Source of the DNA: an uncultured Verrucomicrobiae bacterium | GTDB lineage: Bacteria > Verrucomicrobiota > Verrucomicrobiia > Chthoniobacterales > UBA10450 | Assembly: GCA_963726745.1 (NCBI GenBank) | Contig: CAVSDR010000006.1 | Location: 160,001 to 224,000 of the forward strand | Length of the DNA stretch: 64,000 nucleotides | Reading direction: 5' to 3' | Part shown: positions 1 to 11,323 of the stretch, in pieces | Layout of the letters: every line of letters starts with the position of its first letter | How positions within the stretch are numbered: position 1 is the first letter of the stretch | The notes under the pieces: generated by a model | Databases searched by the model: none | Told to the model about the DNA's origin: nothing | The model's input: the letters and a program-made list of their open reading frames with translations, nothing else | Position numbers and translations under genes: made by a program

Positions 1-107
1 TGGAGCGGCTCGAGCTGGAGGACGGTGGCAAATTTCTCCGTCTTCCGAAGTTTGTTGCCGATGATGTACGCCGCGATTTTGGCCGTCAGCGCGAGAGGAA
101 ATCTCAT
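1..107 (-). CDS. hpnH: N-terminus (partial) of a radical SAM protein, HpnH-like hopanoid adenosyl-hopene transferase
   Basis: Manual translation from ATG at 107 gives MRFPLALTAKIAAYIIGNKLRKTEKFATVLQLEPL, resembling the HpnH N-terminus (VLxLEPL just before the CxxxCxxC motif). Runs off the window edge. Confidence 0.6.
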   Translation of the reverse strand, partial: MRFPLALTAKIAAYIIGNKLRKTEKFATVLQLEPL

Positions 108-201
108 AGAGGCGAGGATAGTAACAATCGCACCCCTCGTGTCAACCGGGCCAGCCATCGAGTGAACGACCGTTCACTGCCGCAGCCACGATTTTCCTGC
201 G

Positions 202-572
202 ATGGAAAATTCCCAAAAAGTCGTCGTCCTCGGCGCTTCGCCAAAGCCGGATCGCTACGCCTATAAAGCGATGAAAATGCTGGCTGACCACGGACATCAG
301 GCGATCCCGGTGAACCCCGCCTTCGACGAAATCCTCGGGCAACCGTGCCACCGCAGCATTGGCGAAGTCGAGGGCCCGATCGACACGGTCACGATGTATC
401 TCGGGAAGCAGCGCTCCGATCCATTAGCCGACGAGATCGTGGCGGCAAGCCGCGCCGGATCATCATGAATCCGGGCGCGGAGAACGAGGACCTCGCGACG
501 AAAGCGCGCGCCGCCGGGATTGAAGTCGAGGAAGCGTGCACCTTGGTGCTTTTGCAGACGGGCCAATTCTGA
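202..572 (+). CDS. CoA-binding protein (YccU-like), frameshifted near 447
   Basis: VVVLGASPKPDRYAY...IPVNP in ORF 202..468 continues as KPRRIIMNPGAEN...EACTLV in ORF 345..572. Confidence 0.85.
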
Positions 573-579
573 CTTCCGC

Positions 580-1158
580 CTAGGCCGTCCATCCGCGCCG
601 GATCAGGCTCACGGCAATCGCGGCCAGCAAGAGCGCTATTAGTTTCGAAACGCCGTTCAAGCCCTGGCGGCCCATCAGCGCCTCCACGCGGCGCGCATAG
701 TGGAAACCTATTTTCACCAGCGCCAGGTTCACCACCAGGGAACCGATGGTGTAAATCACCCCCACGGTATCCACCAGGATCAGCAAGGCCGTGAGCAACG
801 CTGGTCCGGCGATCAGCGGCATCCCCAGCGGCACGATCCCAAACTCCGCGTCCTCGCTTTTTTCTTTCCCCTCACCGCCGATCAATTCACGCGTGGCCAG
901 CGCCAGCAAAATCAGTCCACCCGCGACTTGAAAATCGGCCACGGAAATCCCGAGCGCCTGAAAGATGAATTTGCCGAGAAAGATGAAGCCGATCGCCACG
1001 CCAAAGCCGGCGAGAATGCCGAGCGTGCCCTGTTTTTGACGAAGCTCGCGCCCCGCGTTCGGCGCCAGTCCCATGAAGATCGCGATCAAGCCGATCGGAT
1101 CGATCGCCACAAACAGCGGGATGAAGGCGAGGAGCGCTTTCTCGAAAAAGGCCTGCAT
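580..1158 (-). CDS. MarC family integral membrane protein
   Basis: FIPLFVAIDPIG, FQVAGGLILL, IVPLGMPLIAGPA motifs; about six hydrophobic segments. Confidence 0.9.
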   Translation of the reverse strand: MQAFFEKALLAFIPLFVAIDPIGLIAIFMGLAPNAGRELRQKQGTLGILAGFGVAIGFIFLGKFIFQALGISVADFQVAGGLILLALATRELIGGEGKEKSEDAEFGIVPLGMPLIAGPALLTALLILVDTVGVIYTIGSLVVNLALVKIGFHYARRVEALMGRQGLNGVSKLIALLLAAIAVSLIRRGWTA

Positions 1159-1224
1159 CCCGCAGGTCTAACGCGTGATCGATCCCGCTACAAACAAACG
1201 CGCCGCGAACTCCGATTCCGCAGT

Positions 1225-2904
1225 ATGAGGATCTTTCCTGCGCTTTGTGCCGTCGTCGCCCTTGCCCTGCCGCTCCGCGCCGCCGAGGACGCGGCCAAAG
1301 TGCCGCCTAAAGCGGCGCTCGAATCGATCAACGCCGATGACCTCATGCGGCACATCAAGGTGCTCGCCTCGGATGAATTCGAAGGCCGCGCGCCGGGCTC
1401 GAAAGGCGAGGAACTCTCGATCAAATACATCGCCGAACAGTTCAAGAATCTCGGGCTCGCGCCGGGCAATCCCGACGGCACCTACCTCCAGGAAGTCCCG
1501 CTCGCGGGCATCCAGACCCACCCCGAGGCGCACTTCGCGGTGAAGGGCGAGACGATCGCGCTGCAATATCCCGACGACTACGTCGCCTCCTCCGCGCGCC
1601 TCGTTTCCGACGTGAAAATCCAGGATTCCGAGATCGTCTTCGTCGGCTACGGCATCGTCGCGCCGGAGTTTGGCTGGGACGATTACAAGGGCGTCGATGT
1701 GAAGGGCAAAACCATTCTCATGCTGATCAACGATCCGCCGATCCCGCTGGCTAACGACCCGTCGCAGCTCGACCCGAAGATGTTTGGCGGGCGGGCCATG
1801 ACCTACTACGGCCGCTGGACCTACAAATATGAAATCGCGGCCGAGAAAGGCGCCGCGGCCGCGATCATCATTCACGAAACCGAACCAGCGGCCTATCCCT
1901 ACTCCGTCGTCCGGACCAGCTGGTCGAAGGAGAATTTTGAAATCGATCGGCCGAACAAAAACATGGACCAGGTCGAGGTGCGCTCGTGGATCACGCTCGA
2001 CATTGCCAAGAAATTGCTCGCCGCTGCCGGGCAGGATTTCGACGCGCTCAAGAAGGCGGCCGTGAGCAAGGACTTCAAGCCGGTGACGCTCCCTGCGACC
2101 GCGACCTTTGCGCTCCAACAAGACGTGCGCGCCTTCAAGTCGCACAATGTCGTCGGCAAACTCGAAGGCAGCGACGCGAAGCTGAAAGACGAGTGGATCG
2201 TCTACAGCGCACACTGGGATCACCTCGGAAAACACGCCGACCTCGAGGGCGACCAGATCTTCAACGGCGCGGTCGATAACGCCTCGGGCGTGGCCGCCGT
2301 GATCGAATTAGCCAGCGCTTTCAAGCACCTGCCGCAACCGCCGAAGCGCTCTGTCCTTTTCATGGCCACGACCGCGGAGGAAGCCGGTTTGCTTGGGGCG
2401 AAATTCTACGCCGAGAACCCGCTCTACCCGCTCGCGAAAACGCTCGCCGATATCAACATCGACAGCATGAACGTCTGGGGTAAAGCGAGCGACGTGGAGG
2501 ACACCAGCTTCGGTTTCTCCACCCTCAGCGACCAACTCGCAGCCGCGGCCAAGCGCCAGGGCCGCACCGCCGCGCCTCCCGGCCGTCCCGAGAAAGGGAG
2601 CATCTATCGCGCGGATAATTTCGAGTTTTCGAAGGGCGGCGTGCCCGTGCTTTACACCGGAAAAAACGTTCACCTGCTCTCGCGCGGGAAAAGCGACAAG
2701 CTCCGCTCCGATGAGTTCGACCTGAAGGATTACCACCAGGTGACCGACCAGGTGAATGCCGATTGGGATTTGAGCGGCGCCGCGCAGGACGTGCAGCTTC
2801 TCTTCGAAGTCGGCTACGAAGTGGCTAACGGCGCGCAATGGCCCGAGTGGAAACCAGGCAACGAATTCAAGGCGAAGCGCGACGCCATGCTCGGCAAGAA
2901 ATAG
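1225..2904 (+). CDS. M28 family metallopeptidase with PA domain, signal peptide
   Basis: Start MRIFPALCAVV (ATG 1225); LASDEFEGRAPG, VFVGYG, SAHWDHLG, GAVDNASG, TAEEAGLLG, YHQVTD. Confidence 0.92.
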   Translation: MRIFPALCAVVALALPLRAAEDAAKVPPKAALESINADDLMRHIKVLASDEFEGRAPGSKGEELSIKYIAEQFKNLGLAPGNPDGTYLQEVPLAGIQTHPEAHFAVKGETIALQYPDDYVASSARLVSDVKIQDSEIVFVGYGIVAPEFGWDDYKGVDVKGKTILMLINDPPIPLANDPSQLDPKMFGGRAMTYYGRWTYKYEIAAEKGAAAAIIIHETEPAAYPYSVVRTSWSKENFEIDRPNKNMDQVEVRSWITLDIAKKLLAAAGQDFDALKKAAVSKDFKPVTLPATATFALQQDVRAFKSHNVVGKLEGSDAKLKDEWIVYSAHWDHLGKHADLEGDQIFNGAVDNASGVAAVIELASAFKHLPQPPKRSVLFMATTAEEAGLLGAKFYAENPLYPLAKTLADINIDSMNVWGKASDVEDTSFGFSTLSDQLAAAAKRQGRTAAPPGRPEKGSIYRADNFEFSKGGVPVLYTGKNVHLLSRGKSDKLRSDEFDLKDYHQVTDQVNADWDLSGAAQDVQLLFEVGYEVANGAQWPEWKPGNEFKAKRDAMLGKK

Positions 2905-2917
2905 CCGGCAACTTCAC

Positions 2918-3442
2918 ATGGATGTTTCGCTGCTCATCGGCGCGCTTCTCGGCGCGGTCGTGCTCTTCTTCGGGCGGAAACTTTTTTGGCTCTTCGTGGC
3001 CGCGGTCGGCTTCGCCGTGGGCGTGGAACTCGCGCCGCATCTGCTGCAACAACCGACGCCGCTCCTCCAGCTCACGATCGCGCTCGTGCTCGGTTTTGTC
3101 GGCGCGCTCCTCGCAGTTCTCTTGCAAAAATTAGCCGTCGGCGTGGTCGGCTTTCTCGCGGGCGGACGGCTCGCGCTCGCGCTGGCGGCGACTTTTTTCG
3201 TCCATGCCGCCGGCTATTACTGGCTCATCTTTCTCCTCGGCGGAGTGCTCGGCGCGGTCCTGCTGCTTTTCCTTTTCGATTGGGCGTTGATCGTCTTGAG
3301 CGCTTTCATCGGCGCGCACCTGATCGTGCACGCCATTCCGCTCCCGACCACCGGCGCCGCCATCCTCCTGATCGTGCTGGCTGTTTTTGGCATCGTGGTG
3401 CAAGCCACTTCTTTGCGGCGCGGCCGCGTAGTCGCGGATTGA
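2918..3442 (+). CDS. DUF4203-like integral membrane protein
   Basis: Very hydrophobic 174 aa; FFGRKLFW and LSAFIGA patterns. Confidence 0.7.
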   Translation: MDVSLLIGALLGAVVLFFGRKLFWLFVAAVGFAVGVELAPHLLQQPTPLLQLTIALVLGFVGALLAVLLQKLAVGVVGFLAGGRLALALAATFFVHAAGYYWLIFLLGGVLGAVLLLFLFDWALIVLSAFIGAHLIVHAIPLPTTGAAILLIVLAVFGIVVQATSLRRGRVVAD

Positions 3443-3476
3443 CCGCCATGGCCCGGCATTAGCTCCCTCCGGGGAC

Positions 3477-3689
3477 ATGCCTGGGTTCAGCAGCGCCAGC
3501 CTGGTCGCGCAATTTCTCTTCGGGTCGATCGGCTTCGTGGCTTTCGTCTATGGGAAACGCCAGAGCGTCTGGCGCCCGATGTTCCTCGGGCTCGCGCTCA
3601 TGGCTTACCCTTATTTCTTCGAATCCGCCGCGCTCCTTTACGGCCTCGGGCTGGCGTTGACCGCGGCGCTCTTTGTCTTCCGCGAGTAA
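3477..3689 (+). CDS. Small conserved membrane protein
   Basis: 70 aa with hydrophobic helices; FGSIGFVAFVYGKRQ and LMAYPYF. Confidence 0.7.
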   Translation: MPGFSSASLVAQFLFGSIGFVAFVYGKRQSVWRPMFLGLALMAYPYFFESAALLYGLGLALTAALFVFRE

Positions 3690-3707
3690 ACATGCTACTT
3701 CGGCTGC

Positions 3708-4442
3708 ATGGGTCGCCAATGGCTGCATGCAAAACGCGAAGTCGCCGGTCTCAAGAAAGGCCAGGTCACCGGTAAGCTGGTGAAGGAAATTTCTGTGGCC
3801 GCGAAGCTCGGCGGCGCGGACCCAAACTCGAACGCGCGCCTTTTTGCCGCTGTGGAAAAAGCGCGCCGCGCGAGCGTTTCGCGTGATGTCATCGAGCGCG
3901 CGATCAAGAAAGGCGCGGGCATCGGCGGCGAGAAGATGGAGCTGGAGCACGTCGTCTTCGAGGGCTATGCGCCGCACAAGGTGCCGATCGTGGTGGAAGT
4001 TTTAACCGACAACAACAACCGCACCGCGCCCGAGATTCGCGTCCTCTTCAAAAAAGGCGGCCAGCTTGGCACGCCGGGGTCGAACAAGTTCCTCTTCGAT
4101 CACGTGGGCTTGGTGGAAGCCCACCACGCCGATGCCGCGGCCGACATCGAAGGCGCGGCGATCGAGGCCGGCGCGCAAAACGTGGAGCCGCTGGCGCATG
4201 CGCAGAACGACGACATCCCGGAAGGCACCGCGGGCGCACGCTTCATCACCGAGCGCACCGACCTGCACACGGTCTCGCAGTGGCTCGCGGCCAACGGCTG
4301 GACCGTGGTCACGAGCGAGCTCGGCTATACCGCGAAGACTTCGGTCGACTTGAGCGAGACCGAGCGCGAGGAGACCGGGCATTTCCTCCAGACACTGGAG
4401 GACCATGATGACGTCCACCGCGTCTGGGCGGCCTTGAAATAG
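3708..4442 (+). CDS. yebC: YebC/PmpR family protein
   Basis: KLVKEISVAAKLGGADPNSNARL, FEGYAP, LTDNNNRT, LEDHDDVHRVW. Confidence 0.95.
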   Translation: MGRQWLHAKREVAGLKKGQVTGKLVKEISVAAKLGGADPNSNARLFAAVEKARRASVSRDVIERAIKKGAGIGGEKMELEHVVFEGYAPHKVPIVVEVLTDNNNRTAPEIRVLFKKGGQLGTPGSNKFLFDHVGLVEAHHADAAADIEGAAIEAGAQNVEPLAHAQNDDIPEGTAGARFITERTDLHTVSQWLAANGWTVVTSELGYTAKTSVDLSETEREETGHFLQTLEDHDDVHRVWAALK

Positions 4443-4453
4443 CCGACCGCCTC

Positions 4454-5602
4454 ATGTCCCCCGAGCCGCTCACGCAGTGCGAGAATTGCGGCGCCCCCCT
4501 CGCCGGGGAATTTTGCGCGCAGTGCGGCCAGCAGGCGATCGATTACCGCCGCTCGCTCGTGCACATCCTCGCGGATGCGGCCGATTCTTTCTTCAATTGG
4601 GACGCGAAGTTCTTCCGCTCGATCGGCGTGCTCCTCGCGAAGCCGTGGCGCCTAACGAATGATTTCAACGCCGGCCGCCGTGCGCGTTACGTCCACCCGC
4701 TGCGGCTTTATCTGCTCGCGAGCATCAGCTTTTTTCTCATCGTCCGCGCCTTCACTTCCAATGGCACCGTCCCGATCGAGATCGGCGCGGGGGACCGCGC
4801 GGAATTAGCCAGCCAGTTGGAAAAATTCACCGGCCCGGAGTCGCCCCTCAACCCAGAAGCCCGCGCGCGCGTCGAAGTGCTTCGCGAGAAAATCAGCCGC
4901 AGCGACGGCCAGGTAACGGTCGATGAACGGCGCGAAATCAAGGCCGCGGTTCGGGAAGTGATGAAGTCGACCATCCGGCAAAGCTGGAGCTCGAATGAGC
5001 GCGCGAAGATCCGGCAAACGGTCGACAACCTCCCGGTTGCGGAAGCGCCGCCCGCGCCCGGCGACCCGGCGACGCCGCCGGGCGAGAAGAAGAAGATTCA
5101 CTTCAGCTGGGGCGGCGGCGGCGGCGAGGCCACGCCATTCCAGAAATGGATGGAGGAGCGGATCAAATCGAAAGTGGGCGAAGACGGCACCAAGGTGACG
5201 CTCTTTCTCGATACCCTCCGCAGCAACATTCCCACGATGATGCTTTTTTGCATCCCGGCCTTCGCCCTCATCCTGAAGGTGCTCTACCTCGGGAGCGGCC
5301 GTTTTTACATCGAGCACCTGGTCTACGCGCTGCACATCCACAGCTTCCTCTTTCTCGGCGTGGGCGTGATCCTGCTCCTGGTCGCGGCCCTCGATCGCCT
5401 GCTCCCGGCGTTCAGTGGTCTCGCTATCGGCCTGCTCACGCTCGCGCTCACGGCGCAGGTCTTCCTTTCCATCGCCCGCGTCTACCGCCAGCGCTGGTTC
5501 GTCAGCCTGTTGAAGTTCAGCTTCGGCGGCGTGGCTTATCTCGTCGTGCTCTCGTTAGCCATCGCGCTCACGGGCTTCGTGACCCTGCTCCTGCCGGCTT
5601 AA
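4454..5602 (+). CDS. DUF3667 domain membrane protein
   Basis: N-terminal CENCG...FCAQCGQ zinc ribbon; GRRARYVHPLRLYL; YIEHLVYALHIHSF; C-terminal TM helices. Confidence 0.85.
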   Translation: MSPEPLTQCENCGAPLAGEFCAQCGQQAIDYRRSLVHILADAADSFFNWDAKFFRSIGVLLAKPWRLTNDFNAGRRARYVHPLRLYLLASISFFLIVRAFTSNGTVPIEIGAGDRAELASQLEKFTGPESPLNPEARARVEVLREKISRSDGQVTVDERREIKAAVREVMKSTIRQSWSSNERAKIRQTVDNLPVAEAPPAPGDPATPPGEKKKIHFSWGGGGGEATPFQKWMEERIKSKVGEDGTKVTLFLDTLRSNIPTMMLFCIPAFALILKVLYLGSGRFYIEHLVYALHIHSFLFLGVGVILLLVAALDRLLPAFSGLAIGLLTLALTAQVFLSIARVYRQRWFVSLLKFSFGGVAYLVVLSLAIALTGFVTLLLPA

Positions 5603-8332
5603 ATCGCGAGCAGTTCGCGCGCTTTCGCCAGGGCTTCACCCAGGCGCGCGGCCTCTTTGCCCGCGCCGCGCGCCGAGTCCGGGCGCCCACCGCCCTTGCC
5701 GCCGATGAGCGGCGCGATCTGCTGGATGATTTCATTGGCCCGCACCTTCGCGGTCAATTCTTTCGGCACCGTGGCGACCAGGTCCACGCGGCCTTCGCTT
5801 GCGCCCGCGAGCACCACCGGCACGCCCAGTTTCGCCTTCAAAATGTCGGCTACTTGCTGGAGCAAGGCGCCATCCGCCTGCGCGATCTGCGCGACCACGA
5901 AGGCCGCGCCGGCATGCGTCGCGGCCAGCTCGTCGGCTAATTTCGCCGCCTGTCCGCGCATCTCCGCCTCGGCCGCTTTGGCGTGCTGTTTCTCCCATTC
6001 GAGCACTTCCGCCTCCAGCTTCCCGAGCTGCGCCGCGCGCGTCTCGATCGAGGCCACATCGGAAGGCGACGCGAGCGGCGGTAGCTCCGGCTTCTTTTTA
6101 GCCAGCAACTTGAATCGCTCGTCCTGCCGCTGCGCTTCACTTCCGGCCCAGCGCGCCACCTCTTCGCCCGCGACCGCCTCAATTCGCCGGATGCCGGCCG
6201 CGATCGCCGCTTCGCTCACGATCTTGAAGCCGCCGATGTCGCCGGTGTCGCGCACGTGCGTGCCGCCGCAGAGTTCCATCGAGTAACCGTTCAACTCGTT
6301 AGGCGCACCGCCGATTTGGACCACGCGCACGACGTCGCCGTATTTGTCGCCGAAGAATTGCTGGATCTCGGCGCGCCCCTTCGCCTCCGCGTAAGGAATC
6401 TCGGTCCAGGAAACCGGCGCCTTCTCGGCAATGCGCTCGTTCACCAGCTTCTCGACCGCGCGCACCTGCTCTTTCGTGAGCGCTGCGCTCGAGAAATCGA
6501 AGGTCAATTTCTCCGGGCCGACGTAGCTCCCCTTCTGGACCGCCTCGCGGCTCACGATTTCGTGCAGCGCCCAGTGCAAGAGATGCGTCACCGTGTGATG
6601 CCGCTGGATGGCCGCGCGGCGCGCCGCGTCGATTCGCACGGTCACATGCTCGCCTACCGCCGGCGCTTCCTCGCCTTCGAGAAGATGCACAAAGGTGTTC
6701 CCGATCTTGCGCGTGTCGGTGATCTGGAAACGTGCGGCCGCCAGCCTCGAGCATCCCGCGATCGCCCACTTGCCCGCCCATCTCCGCGTAGCAGACAGAG
6801 TTGTTTAAAACCACCGCCGCGCGGCCCTTCACCGTCGTCACTTCCACGACGTCGGCCCCGGTGTGATCGAGTTCGTAGCCGAGGAAATGCGTCGCCCCCC
6901 GCGTGTCGCTCTCCGCGAGTTCGATGGTGGTTTTCTTCTGCGCCTTGCGCGCCCGCGCGCGCTGCTCCTCCATCAATTTTTCGAAACCCTCGGTGTCCAC
7001 CGCGAGCCCGCGCTCACGGGCCATCAACTCCGTGAGGTCGAGTGGAAAACCCTGCTCGTCATAGAGCCGAAACGCGAACTCGCCGCTTATTTTGCCGACG
7101 CTCTTCCCGAGTTCCGATTCAAAGAGCGCGATGCCTTTATCGAGCGTGCGGTTGAAGGCTTCCTCCTCGCGCTTGATCGCCTCCTCGACGACTTGCTGTT
7201 TCGTCTTCAACTCAGGAAACACACCACTCATCGAACGCACCAGGACGTCGACTAACTTCGAGAAAAACGGCTCGTGAAAGCCGAGCGTGCGGCCGTAGCG
7301 GACCGCGCGACGCAGGATGCGGCGGAGGACGTAGCCGCGGCCTTCGTTGCTCGGCTGGATGCCGTCGGCAATCGCGAAACTGAGCGTGCGGATGTGGTCG
7401 GCGATCACGCGGAAAGCGACGTCTATTTTCTCCTGCTCGTTTTCGCCGGTGCTGCCGGCGGGCGGAAGGGTGCTCGCGTATCTTTTGCCGCTGAGCTTCT
7501 CGATCTCATCGAAGATCGGGCGGAAGACATCGGTCTCGTAATTCGAGATCGTGCCGCTGAAGTCGGTGAAATTTTTCGTCCCCTGGATGATCGAGGCTGC
7601 GCGCTCAAAGCCCATCCCGGTATCGACGTGGCGCGCCGGCAGCGGGACGAAAGAGCCGTCTGGGTTCGCGTTGAACTGGATGAAAACGAGATTCCAGATC
7701 TCGATGCAGCGCGGATCACCCGCGTTGACCAGCGTGCCCCGGGTGTCGCCGCGCGGCGTGAGGTCGACGTGTAATTCGGAACACGGACCACATGGGCCGG
7801 TGTCGCCCATCATCCAAAAGTTGTCCTTCTTGTTCCCGTTGACGATTTGGACTGCGGGATCGAGCCCGGCCGCGGTGAAAAGACGCGCCCAATGATCGTG
7901 CGCTTCCTGGTCGAACTCGCTCGGGTCGCCCGGGCCGGGCTGGTAAACCGTGGCGTAGAGCCGCGCGGGCGGCAGACCCCAGCGCTCCACGACCAATTCC
8001 CAAGCCCATTCGATTGCCTCCTTTTTGAAGTAATCACCGAAGCTCCAGTTTCCGAGCATCTCGAAAAAGGTGTGGTGATAAGTGTCGAGCCCGACGTCGT
8101 CGAGGTCGTTATGCTTGCCGCCGGCACGAATGCATTTTTGCGTGTCCGCGGTGCGCGCGGGGCTCCAGGTTGCCGTCTGTTGGCCGAGGAAAATCGGCAC
8201 GAACTGGTTCATCCCCGCGTTGGTAAACAGCAGGTTGGGCGAGTCCGGCAGGAGCGAGGAGGAAGGCACGATGGTGTGCTTTTTCTCGCGGAAGAAATCG
8301 AGGAAGCTCTGGCGAATCTCGGCGCTGGTCAT
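5599..8332 (-). CDS. alaS: Alanine--tRNA ligase, frameshifted near 6728
   Basis: MTSAEIRQSFLDFF, FTNAGMNQF, HHTFFEMLGNWSFGDYFK in ORF 6299..8332; editing HTVTHLLH/ELCGGTH and C-Ala GGKGGGRP in ORF 5599..6690. Removing one base at ACG-TTT-CCAG joins them. Confidence 0.97.
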
Positions 8333-8344
8333 GACGCGCGCACG

Positions 8345-11237
8345 TTACCGCAGTCGTGCGGCGGGTAAAGCGCGCCCCTGCAGCTCGACGTGGTAAAAGC
8401 GCGACCCGCGCGCCAGCGCGCCCGGATCGACAAAGGAAAGCGTCAGCTCAAAAGCACCCGCGGTGAAGAATCCGCCGGGCGCATCCTGCCACCCGCCGTC
8501 GGGCCGCGCACTGGTGCGGACGGCGTAGCTCTGGCCAGGCACAGCATTCCAAGTGAAGATGAAGTCGCTGCCGGCGCGCGCGCCCTGCGCGGTGAAATCC
8601 AGCGCTGGGTCGAGGCGATCGAAGAGACCGTCGGCGTTGCGGTCGACGATCGCCGGAATCTGCAGGACGAGAAATTCGCCGGGATCAAGGTTGCCATCGC
8701 CATTGCCGGCGGGACACTGCGCCACGAGCGCGCCGCCATCGGCGGTGACATAGGCGGCCGAGGCGAGGTAGATCGTCTGCGGCACGGCGCCGAAAGCGCT
8801 GACTAAATCGAGCACGCCTTCGAGTTGCCCGCCGTTGCTGGCGGCTTTTGCAAGCAGGCTGCCGGCGGGCGCGTTGAACCAGCCGGCATAAGCGTTTGCG
8901 CTCTCACCCGCGAGGAAGGGCTTTCCTGCCGCCACCGCGATGGCGCCCGCCTTGGCCCACGGCGTGGGGTTCGACGCGGTGCTCAGGAGTTGATCGCTCA
9001 CAAAAAGAAAGTGATCGCTCGTTCCGCCGCTGTTCGAGCCGGGCGACCAGGTGGCCACGTAAAGCTGCGTCCCACGCACCGCCGCGTAGATGGTCATGCC
9101 GCTGCTCGCGACCAAATAGCCGGCGGCATCCGCAGCTCCATCCATGACGAATGGAAGCGGCGTGGCGCCGGGTGTCGGGCTCGGCGTCGGCGTCGGGCGT
9201 TGGTGTCGGCGACGGGCCCCCGTTCGGAGCTACGTAGACGTGCTGGATGGGCGAATTGACCGTGTTCCCCTTCGCGTCCGTCGCGCTGACGTAATAGTCG
9301 ACGTAGGTGTCGGAAAGTCCGGTGACCTTGCGGTAATAGTAGTCGGCGACGAATTGTGGCGGATTGCCGTAGGCTTGCACTCCGGCGACCGGCGGAACAA
9401 TCCGCTGCGTCATCGGCAACGTCTGCCAGACGCCGGTCTCCGCACCGCCGGCGTAGGTTTTGAACTGGTCCTCGGACGGCGGCTGGCCCGGGCCGTTGGC
9501 GCGAAATTTAAGCGACACATTCTGCACCCCGCTGGCGTCATAAACGTAGGTCCAAACCCAGAAGTCGGTGTTCGCCGGGGTGGTCTGTTGATAGCTGTAT
9601 TGCGCCCCGTAATTCTTCGCGCCCGGGTTCCACGGATGGCGCTGGGGAATGAAAACGGTCGGCGGCGTTTGATCGTTGGTGAGATTGTTGAGCGTGGCGC
9701 TGAGCAGGCGCTGCGCGTTGTTTTGCGCAATCACCGGGCGCCAGCCTTCGTCATCGTGCACTCCGTAGTAGACGAAACCGCTGTCTAATCCTCCGAGGTA
9801 ATAGTGCCACGCCAGCTCGACGTTGTTCGGCGTCGCGCCGAAGCTGCCAGGATCGCGCACTTGGTCGATTCGCGGAAGCACGCCGGCGATCTGTTGCGCG
9901 GTTTTGACCCGGTTTTCCGTCGCGGTGATGACGCGCCAGACGTCAGCCTTGTCGCTGGTGCCCACGCTCGGGTCGACCAGATTCACGCTCCCCGGCTTGT
10001 GACTCGGCGGCCAGTGCCAGTTGATGAAAATGGGCGACCCCATGTCGCCATCGGCGTAGACCCAGCCGCCATCTTCGACATGCGCGATGTCATTTGGATC
10101 GGGCGGAAACTCGGCCAGGAATTGCTCGATCGTGGTCGGCTCATAGCCGCGGCTGTTCGCCTGGCTCGCAAAATTTCCGACCCATTCCTGGTAGTAGGAA
10201 TAGCCGCCGCTCCAGGCATTGTCGCCATCGTGCGCCAGCAGGACTAACGAGGGCTTGGCCGGTTGATTGCGCGCGTTCAAGGCGTTGAGCAATCCCAGGT
10301 CCCACGAGCTGTAGCTATCCTTCCAACCAAGCGCCTGGTCGCTCGGCACCACGATAATTTTTGATTCCGCGCCGGTCGCGGGATCGACGTACCGCGCCTG
10401 GTGCACCTGGAAGGAATGCGGCATCGCCGCGCTGGGCGAGCAGCCTCGATCGATCGTGAGGCGTTGGTAATTTCCCGCGCCCTGCGCTGGATTGAGCTGG
10501 TCCGCCTTGTTCGGCAAATCACAGTTCTCGCCGCCCGAGCCGATGACCAGCGGGAAGTCGACGCAAGCGCGCGCGAGATGATTGTTCGCGATGATGGCCC
10601 ACTCGATCCCGACTTTTTTCAAAATGGGAATGATCCGCTCGGAGAAGGCCGTCTCGGTGGGGAAGTAGCCGCGCGAAATGGGATCGCCCCAGAGCAATTG
10701 CATCTGCCGCTGGTGGATTCGCAGTTCCATCTCCAGGGTCGCATCACTCAAGAGCGGAGCCAGCGCGTGGTGGTAGGTAAAGTTCGTCAGGTCCATCCGT
10801 GGCTTCCCGCCGGTGGTGGTCCAGGCCTTGGCCTCGCGGTTCGGTTGATACCAGCTGGCCGCGTAGCCGATCTGTCCCGCGGCCCCGAGGCTTTGCACAT
10901 TTTCCATGAGCGCGCCGGAGTAGTTCACCTGCGCGCCGGAGTTGCGAAATTGCCCCAGGCCCGCAAGCGCATCCCGCGGCCGGCCCTGGTAGGCCGCGCG
11001 TCGATCGTCGACGTCGAAGACCTGGCCGCGCACCTGCTCCAGCGGGTGCGCGCGGCCGGCATCCTGCAATCGGATCGTGTCCCAGGCGTTCTCGTAATGC
11101 TCGGAGCCGGCACGCTTCTCCGGCCAATAGATCGGCTGGTGCAAATGCCAGAGCCACGAGGTGTGAATGCCGGTATTCTGCGCCGTGGCGGTCGCCGCGA
11201 AAAGAAGCAGCAAGATGAGCGAGCGCGGCAACGTCAT
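8345..11237 (-). CDS. Secreted glycoside hydrolase family 57 protein with Pro/Thr linker and C-terminal domains, frameshifted near 9197
   Basis: Signal peptide; WHLHQP, YFPTETAF and LAHDGDN match GH57 conserved regions; the PTPTP linker joins ORF 8904..11243 to ORF 8345..9145. Confidence 0.8.
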
Positions 11238-11323
11238 AAGCAAGTGCGGCGCAGTCTGCGAGCGCCCGCGCCGGGCCGCGAGCTAAAAGGCGTCCGCCCG
11301 CGCGCTGCCGGCGAAACTTCGGC

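Noticed and set aside
700..1224. Long N-terminal extensions in the ORF track (also hflX to 16598, MBL hydrolase to 52911, GT4 from 33598, YyaL-like to 42500)
   Set aside because: They overlap neighbouring genes or promoters; downstream starts match the family N-termini.
9165..9215. CGGCGT-type short tandem repeat
   Set aside because: Encodes the Pro-Thr linker of the GH57 protein; not a CRISPR or mobile repeat.
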